Shown in pieces: positions 53,669 to 63,717 of a DNA stretch of 64,000 bases (its first letter is position 1; every line of letters starts with the position of its first letter). This DNA is from Minisyncoccota bacterium. Its GTDB lineage: Bacteria > Patescibacteriota > Microgenomatia > UBA1400 > PJMF01. The notes below the pieces were generated by a model. The model saw only the letters and a list, made by a program, of their open reading frames with translations, did no database searches and had not been told where the DNA came from. The translations under genes were made by a program, and so were the position numbers. The stretch spans positions 17,617 to 81,616 of the forward strand of contig JAACWQ010000002.1 in NCBI GenBank assembly GCA_009991965.1. The letters are read 5' to 3'.

Positions 53669-54403
53669 ATGAAAAACGTTCTCATAACCGGCGCCAGCAC
53701 CGGCATTGGCCGCGCAACCGCAATCGCTTTGGCCAAACATGGTTTTTCACTTTTTATTACTATTACTGCGCGGTCTGAAGCAGGATTGAACAAGACCAAA
53801 CAGCTCGTAGAGGAAGTGGGTGGGGAAGCAAAAGTCATTTTGGCAGACCTGAGTGATATTGGCTCAGTTAATCAGCTCATTAAGACAGTCAAAAGTGAAA
53901 CAAAGTCACTGCAAGCAATCGTAAATATTGCCGGCATTTGGCACGATGCAGACACGGTTTTTGCTGATACCGATTTTGCCGATTTTTCGCAACAAACGAT
54001 TCTTGATACCTTCGCGGTTGGTTTTACTGCACCAACTATTCTCGTGCACGGATTACTGCCACTTATGTCCAAAGGATCGCAGATAGTTAATCTTTCTGGC
54101 ACATTTGAAAATGGCGCCAAGGGATGGCTGCCGTATTATGCCTCCAAGCGCGCGCTGGAGGATTTGACGGTTGGTTTGTCGCAGGAATTGGCGGAACAGG
54201 GTATTGGTGTCAATGCAGTTTCGCCGTCCGACACCGCCACAGAAAGTTATGCCAAATTTTTCCCGCAGTATCTAGATGAGTCGGTTGAGCCAGAATTAGT
54301 AGCGCAAGAAATTACAAGATTTTGTCAGCCAGAAAATAAGATTACAGGGCAGGTGTTGGTGGTTAAAAAAGATCAGGAGCCAGATGTTTACTTCCATTGC
54401 TAG
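53669..54403 (+). CDS. SDR-family oxidoreductase
   Basis: LITGASTGIGRA (TGxxxGIG) and YYASKRAL (YxxxK). Confidence 0.85.
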   Translation: MKNVLITGASTGIGRATAIALAKHGFSLFITITARSEAGLNKTKQLVEEVGGEAKVILADLSDIGSVNQLIKTVKSETKSLQAIVNIAGIWHDADTVFADTDFADFSQQTILDTFAVGFTAPTILVHGLLPLMSKGSQIVNLSGTFENGAKGWLPYYASKRALEDLTVGLSQELAEQGIGVNAVSPSDTATESYAKFFPQYLDESVEPELVAQEITRFCQPENKITGQVLVVKKDQEPDVYFHC

Positions 54404-55016
54404 TTACTTGGGTCTTGGAATTACGCTTGGTCTATCTGCCGGTCTTATACCTGGACCGTTTCAGTCTGTAGTGATATCGCAGACGCTCAAACATGGTTTT
54501 TGGGAAGGGGTAAAGGTTGCGTTGTCGGTACTATTTATTGATATTTTCTTTATCCTCTTCACGCTCGTACTTCTCACAAAATTTATTGTTTCTGAGCGAG
54601 CGATGGGGGTTTTGTATTTGGTTGGCTCAGCGTATTTATTTAAGCTGGCGTACGAAAATTTTCAAACAAAGCAAGGTGATTTTGGGGTAGCTGAAGACAA
54701 ACCGCCAAATTCAATTCGGAAGGGAATGCTCACGTTATTTTTGAGACCTGGTTCATACTTGTTTTGGTTTACGATCGGAGGACCGGCAATTATTGATTCT
54801 TACAAAAGTACCGCGCTAGCGACTCTCGCATTTTTTGTAGGCTTGTACGTCTGTTTTATCGGACCGAATATTGGAGTGGCGTACCTTTCGTATAAAGCAA
54901 AAACTTTTCTCCAAAGCAAAACACATAGCATGCTGCTTCGTTTTCTTGGAGTAGTGTTGGGTATTTTTGCGCTGATGTTTGCGTATAATGGGATGCGGGT
55001 TTTGGGGTTACTGTAA
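54384..55016 (+). CDS. LysE/RhtB-family amino-acid exporter
   Basis: 210 aa, six TM helices, N-terminal GLGITLGLSAGLIPGPFQSVVISQTLKHG typical of the LysE superfamily. Confidence 0.7.
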   Translation: MFTSIASYLGLGITLGLSAGLIPGPFQSVVISQTLKHGFWEGVKVALSVLFIDIFFILFTLVLLTKFIVSERAMGVLYLVGSAYLFKLAYENFQTKQGDFGVAEDKPPNSIRKGMLTLFLRPGSYLFWFTIGGPAIIDSYKSTALATLAFFVGLYVCFIGPNIGVAYLSYKAKTFLQSKTHSMLLRFLGVVLGIFALMFAYNGMRVLGLL

Positions 55017-56036
55017 GTTACTGATCTGTGTCTCCTCAAACCTAACCCCAAACTTCCCAGTTAGATAAATCCCCGGCTCAATCGTAATCACCATGCTAGC
55101 TTTAATGAGCTGTTCGTTTCGGGCACTGAGTGATGGCGGTTCATGAATTGATAACCCCAAACCATGTCCGGTCGTATGGATAAATTGCTGTCCGTAGCCT
55201 GCCTCTGAAATTATCTGACGAGCTGCCGTATCAATGCTTTTTGCCGTTGGCTTTTCTTGCTTGAGCGCAACTTGCGCGGCACCAAAAGCTTGGTGGACGA
55301 TCGCATCAATCTTCACAAATTCTGGATCGGGCGTGTCACCAAACCAGACAGTTCTCGTCATATCCGCACAGTAACCAGCTACTTGCGCACCACAATCGAT
55401 TAATACTGCCATTTCTTTTTCCAGTTTTTTATCTGTCGGTTGGTGATGGGGCAGGGCAGAATTTTCTCCAAAAGCCACAATAGTAGGAAAAGCCGTGCCA
55501 TCTGCGCCAGCCAAGAGCAACTGCGCGTCTAGGTTGCGACGGACGTCATGTTCGGTCATACCTACGGCCAGAGTGGCCAAGATTTGCTCCAAGACGTTTT
55601 TAGTAATTTCTACCGCGTGAGAAATAAGCGCTAGTTCTTGTTTATCCTTGCGCATACGTTGTTGCCAGAGCGCCTCAGAATTCCACGAAGAGAGCGTCAA
55701 TGACGACTTTTTGAGTGCTTGATATTCAGTAGCGGTGAGTGCTTGGAGATCAGCGGCAAGGCTGGTTATTGGTGGGATTTTTTCGAGCACTGCGGCAACA
55801 CTACATTTTGGTACGTATTCAATAATTGATTGCTTTTCAACAGGCGAAAAACTGGCATACAAAAGTGTCGCGCTGTCATTGGTCATGACCAAAAACGCTT
55901 CGCGCTCGCCTGGTGCAAGACTCTCAAAGCCGGTCAAGTATCGGATGTGTTGGGGGTCGGCCAAGAGTACTGCAGAGCCAGGAGTAATAGTTTTTTGGAG
56001 GGTTGTAATTCTATTGTTGAAAGAAAACGAGGTCAT
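55008..56036 (-). CDS. pepP: M24-family Xaa-Pro aminopeptidase / prolidase
   Basis: HTTGHGLGLSIHEPPSL (HGxGHxxGxxxHE) and metal-ligand Asp/Glu residues. Confidence 0.8.
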   Translation of the reverse strand: MTSFSFNNRITTLQKTITPGSAVLLADPQHIRYLTGFESLAPGEREAFLVMTNDSATLLYASFSPVEKQSIIEYVPKCSVAAVLEKIPPITSLAADLQALTATEYQALKKSSLTLSSWNSEALWQQRMRKDKQELALISHAVEITKNVLEQILATLAVGMTEHDVRRNLDAQLLLAGADGTAFPTIVAFGENSALPHHQPTDKKLEKEMAVLIDCGAQVAGYCADMTRTVWFGDTPDPEFVKIDAIVHQAFGAAQVALKQEKPTAKSIDTAARQIISEAGYGQQFIHTTGHGLGLSIHEPPSLSARNEQLIKASMVITIEPGIYLTGKFGVRFEETQISNLQ

Positions 56037-56716
56037 GATTTTTTGGGATCAGACAGCGGAGCGAGCGAGCGAATAGTGGTGGCGGTTAAGCCATCTTCAT
56101 CGTCTGTGGCAATCACGAGGATGGTCAAATCTTCTCCGAGCATCTTGAGCGAGATCTCGCTGCCATCGGAGTTTTGGTACTCGGTCGATTTATTGACAGT
56201 GACTTCTTTTGTTTCGTTTGTACCACGTGTTTTCAGGGTTAGTGTCGACTTTTCAATCCCAGTCAGTGTTCCCAATAACACCATACGAACCTTTGGTTTT
56301 TCCGAAGTACCAGAGGAGAGAATGTATTTTGGCATGAATGTACCATCAATTTCTGTCCCGATAGCAACGACTAAGTTGTCGACCGAGAGGTCTGTGATCG
56401 AGATCTCTTTGTTGCTCTTGAGCACTTTGACAGTCTCATCGAGCGGCAAAACTAGTGGTCCTTTGTGGGTAGCGATAGTCAGTGAGGTTGCAGACACACG
56501 TTCGATTGGCCCGACAAAGCCGCGTTTTTTTATGCTAATTTCTGCCAATGCACCAGCAACTTCTGGTTGTTTTTCTTTGAGGATTCGATCGATACGCTTT
56601 GGCAAGGCTTCTTTTGTCGCGCTACTATCCGTCGCATCTTGAGCAGCGACTGTTCTAAATGACGTGACAAAAAGACAAAAAAATATGATTGTAAAAATAA
56701 TTTTTGAATACTTCAT
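56033..56716 (-). CDS. secreted hypothetical protein
   Basis: Signal peptide MKYSKIIFTIIFFCLFVTSFRTVAAQD. 227 aa, beta-rich. Confidence 0.5.
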   Translation of the reverse strand: MKYSKIIFTIIFFCLFVTSFRTVAAQDATDSSATKEALPKRIDRILKEKQPEVAGALAEISIKKRGFVGPIERVSATSLTIATHKGPLVLPLDETVKVLKSNKEISITDLSVDNLVVAIGTEIDGTFMPKYILSSGTSEKPKVRMVLLGTLTGIEKSTLTLKTRGTNETKEVTVNKSTEYQNSDGSEISLKMLGEDLTILVIATDDEDGLTATTIRSLAPLSDPKKS

Positions 56717-56719
56717 ATA

Positions 56720-57184
56720 TTATTTTGTTTCGGCTGCTGGTGAGGCGGATTCTGCAGGTTGTGACAAGAGCGAGCTCACAACTATTGTCCGTGTAGCGGC
56801 GAATGTTTCGCCATTTTCATTCAAAGCGTGTACGGTGAGTATAGTACCTCCAGACTTTAGGTCAACGGTGAAGCTAAAGTTGCCACTCCCATCGGCCGTA
56901 GTAATGAATTCTTCGTCGTTGGCAAACAAGACCAGAACTGCGTTGGGTTGCGATATACCTGTTACTGTGGTGCTCGGTTCTTCTTGCACCGTATTATCTT
57001 CTGGATTCAGAATGGTAAGGAGAGCAGAGCTTGGATCATTGCCTGGCGACGCCGTAGGCGCTGTTGTACTGACTGGTTGGGTCTTGGCAGATTGGGTTGC
57101 TTTGCGTACGCGGTACAGACCATAGGTGATAAATAACCCAAAGGCGAGACCAATAATAATAGCAAGTAGGATTTCTTTTTTCAT
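56720..57184 (-). CDS. membrane-anchored hypothetical protein
   Basis: N-terminal TM helix, Thr/Pro/Ser-rich linker, Ig-like beta domain. 154 aa. Confidence 0.5.
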   Translation of the reverse strand: MKKEILLAIIIGLAFGLFITYGLYRVRKATQSAKTQPVSTTAPTASPGNDPSSALLTILNPEDNTVQEEPSTTVTGISQPNAVLVLFANDEEFITTADGSGNFSFTVDLKSGGTILTVHALNENGETFAATRTIVVSSLLSQPAESASPAAETK

Positions 57185-57233
57185 CTGTCGCGACCTGCAT
57201 TATAAACCACAGCCTCATGTTATAGTACAAGCT

Positions 57234-57893
57234 ATGCTACTAACCTATCATGGCCACTCAACTTTCAAATTAAAAGGCAAACTTGGCACAGTTGTCACCG
57301 ATCCGTATCATGCGGGTATCGGTATGCAGTTGCCGTCACTCAGTGCCGATATTATTACGGTATCTCACGATCATGCAGACCATAACACAGTGGGGCAGGT
57401 GAGTACGACAAGTAGGCGCAAGCATCCGTTCATTATTGAAAAACCAGGGGAATACGAAGTTGGCGGCATTTCTGTTTTTGGCGTGCCGACATTTCATGAT
57501 GCCAGTGGTGGGAGTGAGCGCGGACCAAACACAGTGTTTACGATTTTGCTTGACGAATTGCGCATTTGTCATTTGGGAGATCTTGGACATGAACTGACAA
57601 CTACGCAACTTGAAGCTATTGGTAGTGTCGATGTCTTGCTGTGTCCAGTTGGTGGGGTGTTCACTATCGATCCAAAGCAGGCGGTCAAAGTGATTCGCTC
57701 GCTCGAGCCAAGTATTGTGGTGCCGATGCATTTCCGTACTCCTGGTCATGACCAAGCAGTTTATGGTGAATTGGCAACGAGAGAAGAGTTTATGGCAGAA
57801 TTTGGCACCGAGACCACTCCAGTTGAGAAACTTGAGATTACGCGTGCAACCTTGCCCGAAGAAACAGAGCTTCAGCTGCTTTTGCAGATGTAA
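57234..57893 (+). CDS. MBL-fold metal-dependent hydrolase (UPF0173/YtkL-like)
   Basis: MLLTYHGHSTFKL...VSHDHADHN (HxHxDH). Start at ATG 57234; the listed ORF begins at 57126. Confidence 0.7.
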   Translation: MLLTYHGHSTFKLKGKLGTVVTDPYHAGIGMQLPSLSADIITVSHDHADHNTVGQVSTTSRRKHPFIIEKPGEYEVGGISVFGVPTFHDASGGSERGPNTVFTILLDELRICHLGDLGHELTTTQLEAIGSVDVLLCPVGGVFTIDPKQAVKVIRSLEPSIVVPMHFRTPGHDQAVYGELATREEFMAEFGTETTPVEKLEITRATLPEETELQLLLQM

Positions 57894-57895
57894 TT

Positions 57896-59209
57896 ATGGC
57901 AACACAATCGGTTCGTATTCCGCCGCACAATTTGGATGCAGAGCGATCATTGCTTGGCTCAATTTTGATTGATCCAGAGGCGATTATCAAAGTTGCCGAC
58001 CAACTTACCTCAGACAGTTTTTATTCGCCGGCAAACCAATCACTGTTTGCTGCCATGTTGGCACTGTATGAACTGCGTCAGCCGATTGATGCGGTGACAC
58101 TTACTTCACAACTAAAAAAACAAAAGGAATTGACTCAAGCTGGCGGAGCAGCGGCTGTGGCCGAGTTATCCAATGCAGTTGCGAGCGCGGCGAATGTCGA
58201 ACATTATGCCAAACTGGTTAGTGAGGCAGCCACCAAACGGCGACTTATCTCTGTGGCGAGTCAGATTACGACGTTGGCATTTGACGACGGCAAAGACATT
58301 CAAGACATCATGGATACAACCGAGCAGGAAGTGTTTGCGGTGTCTCAGAAGCAGTCGATTAAGTCTTTTCTACCGGTTAAAGATACTCTGGTAGAGAGTT
58401 TTGAGCGCCTCGACGAACTGCAGCGCTCGGGAGGAGAACTGCGCGGGGTGCCGACTGGTTTTGCTGATCTCGACAATATGCTGGCTGGATTGCAGCGGTC
58501 CAATCTTGTTATTTTGGCTGCGCGGCCTGGTATGGGTAAAACTGCGCTCGCGCTGAACATCGCACATCACGTGGGTGTGACGGCGAAGCGTCGAGTAGGC
58601 ATTTTTTCGCTCGAAATGAGTCGAGAAGAGCTTGTCGATCGCTTACTTGTTTCTCAGGCAGATATCGATGCTTGGCGGCTCAAAACAGGACGACTTAATC
58701 AACAAGACTTTTTGAAACTCTCAGACGCGATGGGTGTTTTGGCAGAAACAGCACTTTTTATCGATGACACGCCTGGTCTTTCTGTTTTTGAGATGCGAAC
58801 GCGCGCTCGACGCCTCATGTCCGAACATCATATTGATATGTTGATTGTCGATTACTTGCAGCTGTCACATGGCCGCACTAGAGATAACCGTGTGACTGAG
58901 GTTGGAGAAATTTCCCAAGGTCTCAAAAATATTGCGCGTGAGCTCAAAATCCCAGTGCTGGCACTTTCGCAGTTATCGCGTGCGATTGAGAGCAGAGGCG
59001 AGAAAACACCACAATTGTCCGATCTGCGCGAGTCTGGCTCAATTGAGCAAGACGCCGACGTGGTCATGTTTTTGTACCGCAAAGATGATGATATTCCTGA
59101 ATCTATGTCGATTAAACTCGCCAAACACCGCAATGGCGCGTTGGGTGAGATCGATCTGTTTTTCCGCGGTGACCGTATCAGATTTTATGGTATGGAAACG
59201 AAGCGCTAA
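57896..59209 (+). CDS. dnaB: replicative DNA helicase DnaB
   Basis: N-terminal PHNLDAERSLLGSIL, Walker A ARPGMGKTALAL, Walker B LIVDYLQL, RecA-like core. Confidence 0.9.
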   Translation: MATQSVRIPPHNLDAERSLLGSILIDPEAIIKVADQLTSDSFYSPANQSLFAAMLALYELRQPIDAVTLTSQLKKQKELTQAGGAAAVAELSNAVASAANVEHYAKLVSEAATKRRLISVASQITTLAFDDGKDIQDIMDTTEQEVFAVSQKQSIKSFLPVKDTLVESFERLDELQRSGGELRGVPTGFADLDNMLAGLQRSNLVILAARPGMGKTALALNIAHHVGVTAKRRVGIFSLEMSREELVDRLLVSQADIDAWRLKTGRLNQQDFLKLSDAMGVLAETALFIDDTPGLSVFEMRTRARRLMSEHHIDMLIVDYLQLSHGRTRDNRVTEVGEISQGLKNIARELKIPVLALSQLSRAIESRGEKTPQLSDLRESGSIEQDADVVMFLYRKDDDIPESMSIKLAKHRNGALGEIDLFFRGDRIRFYGMETKR

Positions 59210-59448
59210 TTATTTGCCATGACCGGTGTCATGCCAAACAACAGATAAAACAATCCTCCGGAGAGAATCAAAAACATAAGCAGTGTGCCGACATTTCGCT
59301 TGATGGCGAGCGATGCTTTGTCTGGGTTGGAACTGTCAGTGCTGATAATAATAACGGTGGCAATCACGAGCCAAATACCTGCACGAACGAGTAATGACTG
59401 TATCGTAGTGATATCAAATATTGCATGAAGTATGGCAGTCAATTGCAT
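59206..59448 (-). CDS. small hypothetical membrane protein
   Basis: 80 aa with two TM helices. Confidence 0.35.
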   Translation of the reverse strand: MQLTAILHAIFDITTIQSLLVRAGIWLVIATVIIISTDSSNPDKASLAIKRNVGTLLMFLILSGGLFYLLFGMTPVMANN

Positions 59449-59527
59449 AGAAGAATACTATGCAGGAGTAGGGGGAAAATTGCAAGTGAGCTGCCGAGTC
59501 GCTTGGTATATAATATCTTTCTCACAG

Positions 59528-59612
59528 GCCGAGGTGGCGGAATGGTAGACGCGTGGGTCTCAAAAACCCATGAGGCTCAAACCTCGTGAGGGTTCGAGTC
59601 CCTCTCTCGGCA
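59528..59612 (+). tRNA. tRNA-Leu (anticodon CAA)
   Basis: Folded by hand: acceptor GCCGAGG/TCTCGGC, anticodon stem TGGGT/ACCCA with loop CTCAAAA, a long variable arm, T-arm GAGGG-TTCGAGT-CCCTC, discriminator A. Confidence 0.85.
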
Positions 59613-59621
59613 CAAAGCATT

Positions 59622-60797
59622 TTATTTTGCATCCAGCACCGCTTTTGCCACAATATCGGCTAGTCCCGGATGAAATGGTGTCGGGATAATATTTTCAACA
59701 GTTGGATTTTTAACACAATCTGCCAGCGCATGAGCAGCTGCTTGCTTCATGTGTTGGGTAATTTTTGGCAATCTCCCTTGTATTACTGCGCGGAAAATCC
59801 CGGGGAAGGCGAGAACATTATTTATCTGGTTTGGCATGTTACTTCTACCAGTGGCGATCACGGCCGCACCTGCCCGTTTGGCAATGGCTGGATCAATTTC
59901 GGGAACAGGATTGGCGAGGGCGAAGACAATCGGTTTTTCAGCCATGTTTTCGATAATTTCTGGAGCAATCAGGTTTGGACCAGACACACCGATGATCACA
60001 TCAGCATTTTTAGCGACAGTGGCGAGAGAGCCTTTGAGCATTCGTTTGTTGGAACTATCAGCCAGCGACTGCTTGTACATATTCTGGCTTTCTCTGCCAG
60101 AGACGAGCGCACCAATGCGATCAACAACTATGACGTCTGCAACACGGTCTACTTTTGGCAAAAGCGAGCATGTTTTGCCGAGACACTCTAAGCCAAGCAA
60201 CATACGAGCAACTGATAGACCAGCCGCACCTGCGCCGACGATGACGACTTTGAGACTGTCAAACGGCTTACCAACAACTTTGGCGGCATTCAGTAGCGCT
60301 GCTTTGACCACAATGGCAGTGCCGTGCTGATCATCATGAAAGACGGGGATACCAATATCTTGCAATGCTTCCTCAACTTGGAAACAGCCAGGAGCTTTGA
60401 TATCTTCGAGATTGATGCCGGCAAAGGTTGGCGCGACTTGTTTTACAAAAGTAATAATTTCCTCTGGAATTTGCGTATTTAACACAAGCGGAAATGAATC
60501 AACGCCACCAAATTCTTTGAGTAACAGAGATTTGCCTTCCATGACAGGCAGACCTGCCAGCGGGCCAATATTGCCCAGACCCAAGACAGCAGAGCCGTCC
60601 GAGATGACTGCTACAGTGCGTCCCTTGAGCGTATGCGTGTAGGCCAGCTCTGGGTTTTCGGCAATTGCAAGACAAACATCGGCCACGCCTGGTGTGTAGA
60701 CGAGTGGGAGCAGCTCTTTGTGCAGTTTACCCATTTTGGCAACGGTTTCGAGTTTGCCAGTGTATTTTTTGTGGAGGTCGAGAGCTTGTTGGTTCAT
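59622..60797 (-). CDS. maeB: NAD(P)-dependent malic enzyme (short form)
   Basis: PLVYTPGVADVCLAI ... VISDGSAVLGLGNIG ... VVIVGAGAAGLS (Rossmann) define the malic-enzyme N-terminal and NAD-binding domains. 391 aa. Confidence 0.85.
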   Translation of the reverse strand: MNQQALDLHKKYTGKLETVAKMGKLHKELLPLVYTPGVADVCLAIAENPELAYTHTLKGRTVAVISDGSAVLGLGNIGPLAGLPVMEGKSLLLKEFGGVDSFPLVLNTQIPEEIITFVKQVAPTFAGINLEDIKAPGCFQVEEALQDIGIPVFHDDQHGTAIVVKAALLNAAKVVGKPFDSLKVVIVGAGAAGLSVARMLLGLECLGKTCSLLPKVDRVADVIVVDRIGALVSGRESQNMYKQSLADSSNKRMLKGSLATVAKNADVIIGVSGPNLIAPEIIENMAEKPIVFALANPVPEIDPAIAKRAGAAVIATGRSNMPNQINNVLAFPGIFRAVIQGRLPKITQHMKQAAAHALADCVKNPTVENIIPTPFHPGLADIVAKAVLDAK

Positions 60798-60949
60798 ATG
60801 TTTGTAGTGTAGCGCATTTTAATTTTTAGCGGCAACGTGCTACGGAACCTGTAATCTTTGTGGTTTAGCTTTGAGAGATGGGGCTGTGTAAGTGCACAAT
60901 AATACTGTTACTTGTAAAACATCTAAATAGATGTATATTTATATGTAAT

Positions 60950-61198
60950 ATGAAAAAATTAATAAAGTACGCAAGTAATCCGGAGCTGCCCAATCTAGAC
61001 CAGTTAGTTCAGGTTCCAGACTTTCTTCCACCGCCAGAGACTCTCGCAAAAGCGCAAGCTGTGGAGAGGGTCACTATTGGTTTGAGCCAACATGTTGTTA
61101 GCTTTTTTCGCAAAGAGGCTAGAGCACATAAGGTTTCGTATCAGCGGATGATTCGCGAATTGTTGGATGTGTATGTAAGTCGGATAGAACAGGGTTGA
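60950..61198 (+). CDS. orphan BrnA-like (DUF4415) antitoxin
   Basis: ...VERVTIGLSQHVVSFFRKEARAHKVSYQRMIRELLDVYV follows the BrnA pattern (RLd.dvl.wfk...gYQt.iN.iLR.yv). No BrnT gene lies adjacent. The listed ORF starts at 60878 in AT-rich upstream sequence. Confidence 0.5.
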   Translation: MKKLIKYASNPELPNLDQLVQVPDFLPPPETLAKAQAVERVTIGLSQHVVSFFRKEARAHKVSYQRMIRELLDVYVSRIEQG

Positions 61199-61212
61199 TT
61201 AATAACTTTCGT

Positions 61213-61656
61213 CTACTTTAAAAACCCTATAGCCAATAGAGTAATTATCTGCGGCACCAAGCCATAAAACATATGGGGGATCGAGTGATGAAATTTACCA
61301 TGAAAGTTATTGATCGGTTTGAGAAACGCCGGTTCCCAGCCGAGAAAGTTGCGCGGTGCCTCGAGAAAATCGGGCAGTAAGCCAAAAAATGCTCCAAGCC
61401 AAATATGATAATTCAGCGGCTGGCCCTGTTGCCAGAGCAAATAAATGAGACCAGCGCTCAGCGCGAGATCAACAAATTCGAGTTTAAAGGCAGTTTTTTT
61501 CTTGCGCGTGCCGTTGGACAATCCAGTGCCGACGTCCCAATGCGGAACCCAGTCCTCGAGGTAATGCAACCCGATCGCAACAGGGATGTAGAGCAGGGGA
61601 TGGCCAAGTTTGGCAGCCACAAAAGCGCCGGTAGTAGCATGAGCGAGTGACAACAT
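61213..61656 (-). CDS. hypothetical membrane protein (possibly a DUF457/YdjM-like metal-dependent hydrolase)
   Basis: Polytopic protein with His/Asp in loops (HYLEDWVPHWD, HGKFHH). Start taken at MLSLAHA (61656) so as not to overlap the divergent lgt gene; the listed ORF extends to 61893. Confidence 0.35.
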   Translation of the reverse strand: MLSLAHATTGAFVAAKLGHPLLYIPVAIGLHYLEDWVPHWDVGTGLSNGTRKKKTAFKLEFVDLALSAGLIYLLWQQGQPLNYHIWLGAFFGLLPDFLEAPRNFLGWEPAFLKPINNFHGKFHHSIPHMFYGLVPQIITLLAIGFLK

Positions 61657-61688
61657 GAGGTAGTAGTATACCGCACAACTGTCGCTGG

Positions 61689-62516
61689 ATGGTACAATCG
61701 ATTGGTATGTTTCCCACGTTGTTCTCCCTTGGTCCATTCGAACTGCGAACCGCAACAGTTTGCACAGTACTCGCGGTGTTGAGCACGTTGTATGTTTTTT
61801 GGCGCAAAGGCAGGGAAGAGCATTACGAAGAACGAGACTTGTTTGACACTTTTTTCTTGGCTGGATTGGTTGGATTACTGGTTGCTCGGGCAAGTTTTAT
61901 CTTGCTTCATGCTGCCGATTTTGGCTTTACAGTGAGCAAGTGGCTCGACGTAGGTTTGTATCCGGGCATGATTGGCAAAATCGGTTTATTTGCCGCCACA
62001 ATCGTATTACTCCGTCAGGCAAAGCGACACAAGTGGGATTTGTTTGAAGTGTTAGATTTCTGGATTTTGGCGCTCTCGACGGGTTTTGTCTTTTTATTCT
62101 TGGGCTTTTTCTTTGATGGTACTGGCATGGGCGTACCAACTTCACTGCCTGTTGGCATCATTTTTCCATCGGTAGTTGAGCCGCATCACCCGGTGCAGTT
62201 GTATGCAGCTATTTTCTTTTTTGGTCTTAGTTGGTATCTCTGGAGGGTAGAGAAAAACTACCGAATGTATCGTTGGTATCGTGCAAGTAAAACAGGCGCA
62301 GAGACGGGATTTTTGGTCGGTATGTTTGCAGTTGCGACAGGATTTTTCTTTACCTTGCTCTCCGTTATTACCCCTGCAGAGTTGGTGTTCGTCGGTGTTG
62401 GTTGGGATTGGCTGGCATTTGTATTTGTTTTGTTCTTTGGATTTGGCGTATTGTTTGTGCGATCTGGGCGAACATTCGGCAAGCGAAAGCAGGTTTCGTA
62501 TGGTTCTCAAGAGTAA
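61689..62516 (+). CDS. lgt: prolipoprotein diacylglyceryl transferase
   Basis: Polytopic protein with the Lgt signature region (FSLGPFELR..., GLLVARASFIL) and position immediately upstream of lspA. Confidence 0.75.
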   Translation: MVQSIGMFPTLFSLGPFELRTATVCTVLAVLSTLYVFWRKGREEHYEERDLFDTFFLAGLVGLLVARASFILLHAADFGFTVSKWLDVGLYPGMIGKIGLFAATIVLLRQAKRHKWDLFEVLDFWILALSTGFVFLFLGFFFDGTGMGVPTSLPVGIIFPSVVEPHHPVQLYAAIFFFGLSWYLWRVEKNYRMYRWYRASKTGAETGFLVGMFAVATGFFFTLLSVITPAELVFVGVGWDWLAFVFVLFFGFGVLFVRSGRTFGKRKQVSYGSQE

Positions 62517-62922
62517 ATCTGTTGTATTGCGTGCCAGTCTGATCGCGAGCGGGATTGTCGTGCTGGACCAGATTAGTAAATTACAGGCGAGCAATGTGAC
62601 AAGTAATCCTGGCGTTGGTCTTGGCTTGGCGGCGCAGTACATTTCACAGCCAATGGTGGTCGTCCTCACTTTGTTTATTTTGTTCGCGTTGTGGTTTTTT
62701 GCCAGAGATTGGTGGCAGCGCTTCCCCTACGCCGCTGGCTTATTTTGCGGTGGGGCACTCAGTAATATGTTGGATCGAGTCTTTTTCGGCGGCGTGCGCG
62801 ACTGGCTGGAAGTACCAGTATTTGGGCTGCGCAACAACTTTGCTGACTGGGCGATTTTCCTCAGCTTGATCTGGATTTTGCGTACGACACTTGTGCGAGC
62901 AGCACAGAAAGAAACAACATGA
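62500..62922 (+). CDS. lspA: lipoprotein signal peptidase II
   Basis: GGALSNMLDR ... GGVRDWLEV ... FADWAIF (LspA catalytic Asp motifs). Start at MVLKSKS; the listed ORF begins at 62281 inside lgt. ATGA overlap with rluD. Confidence 0.8.
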   Translation: MVLKSKSVVLRASLIASGIVVLDQISKLQASNVTSNPGVGLGLAAQYISQPMVVVLTLFILFALWFFARDWWQRFPYAAGLFCGGALSNMLDRVFFGGVRDWLEVPVFGLRNNFADWAIFLSLIWILRTTLVRAAQKETT

Positions 62923-63707
62923 GTTTTGACGATCAGATAGTATATGAAGACGACGATATGTTGGTGCTCAACAAGCAAGCGGGAGTGGTGGTGAATCGCG
63001 CGCAATCGGTCAGAGACGAGACGATTCAAGATTGGATAGAGGAGTATTTGCAGGGAGTGGATCACTCGCCTGCGCTGTGGAGTTCGCTTATTCCCGATGA
63101 TTTTACTGGCGAGTACGGCTCGCCCGAGGAAGTCTTTGCAGAACGTTCTGGCATCGCTCATCGACTCGATAAAGACACGAGCGGTGCACTTATTATTGCC
63201 AAAAATCCGGGCAGTCTCATTGCGCTGCTGAGACAGTTTCATGATCGACAGATTAAAAAAACGTATACGGCGCTGGCGCACGGCGTATTGCCGCTCACAG
63301 AAGAATTATTTTCGGCGCCAATTGCGCGTCTGCCGGGCAAAACGGGAAAGTTTGGAATTGTTGCAACCGGTCGTCCATCCGAGACTGTGTTTCGGGCGAT
63401 CAAGCATTTTTCTATTTCTCGGCCTGAGTGGCCTGAGTTTTATGGAGAATTTAGTTTGGTCGAAGCGAAGCCAAGAACTGGCCGCACGCATCAGATTCGC
63501 ATACATTTGGCGTATTTAAGCCATCCGATCGTAAGCGACATGCTGTACGTGGGACGCAAGCATTTGCGGATAGATAAACAATGGTGCCCACGACAATTTT
63601 TGCACGCCAGTGAGATTGCGTTTATTCACCCAAGGACCAGGAAAGAGGTGGTGGTGCGGACGGATTTGGCGGGGGACTTGAAACAAGTACTTCAAACTTT
63701 GGCTTGA
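62919..63707 (+). CDS. rluD: RluA-family pseudouridine synthase
   Basis: HRLDKDTSGALIIAKN (catalytic Asp motif) and the downstream RluA core. Confidence 0.85.
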   Translation: MSFDDQIVYEDDDMLVLNKQAGVVVNRAQSVRDETIQDWIEEYLQGVDHSPALWSSLIPDDFTGEYGSPEEVFAERSGIAHRLDKDTSGALIIAKNPGSLIALLRQFHDRQIKKTYTALAHGVLPLTEELFSAPIARLPGKTGKFGIVATGRPSETVFRAIKHFSISRPEWPEFYGEFSLVEAKPRTGRTHQIRIHLAYLSHPIVSDMLYVGRKHLRIDKQWCPRQFLHASEIAFIHPRTRKEVVVRTDLAGDLKQVLQTLA

Positions 63708-63717
63708 TTTAATGGAT

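Noticed and set aside
59670-60642. Plus-strand ORFs (173, 193 and 81 aa) opposite the malic enzyme gene
   Set aside because: Shadow ORFs of a gene with clear Rossmann and malic-enzyme motifs.
62142-63281. Minus-strand ORFs 62142-62669 and 62727-63281
   Set aside because: Antisense to lgt, lspA and rluD, all of which have family signatures.
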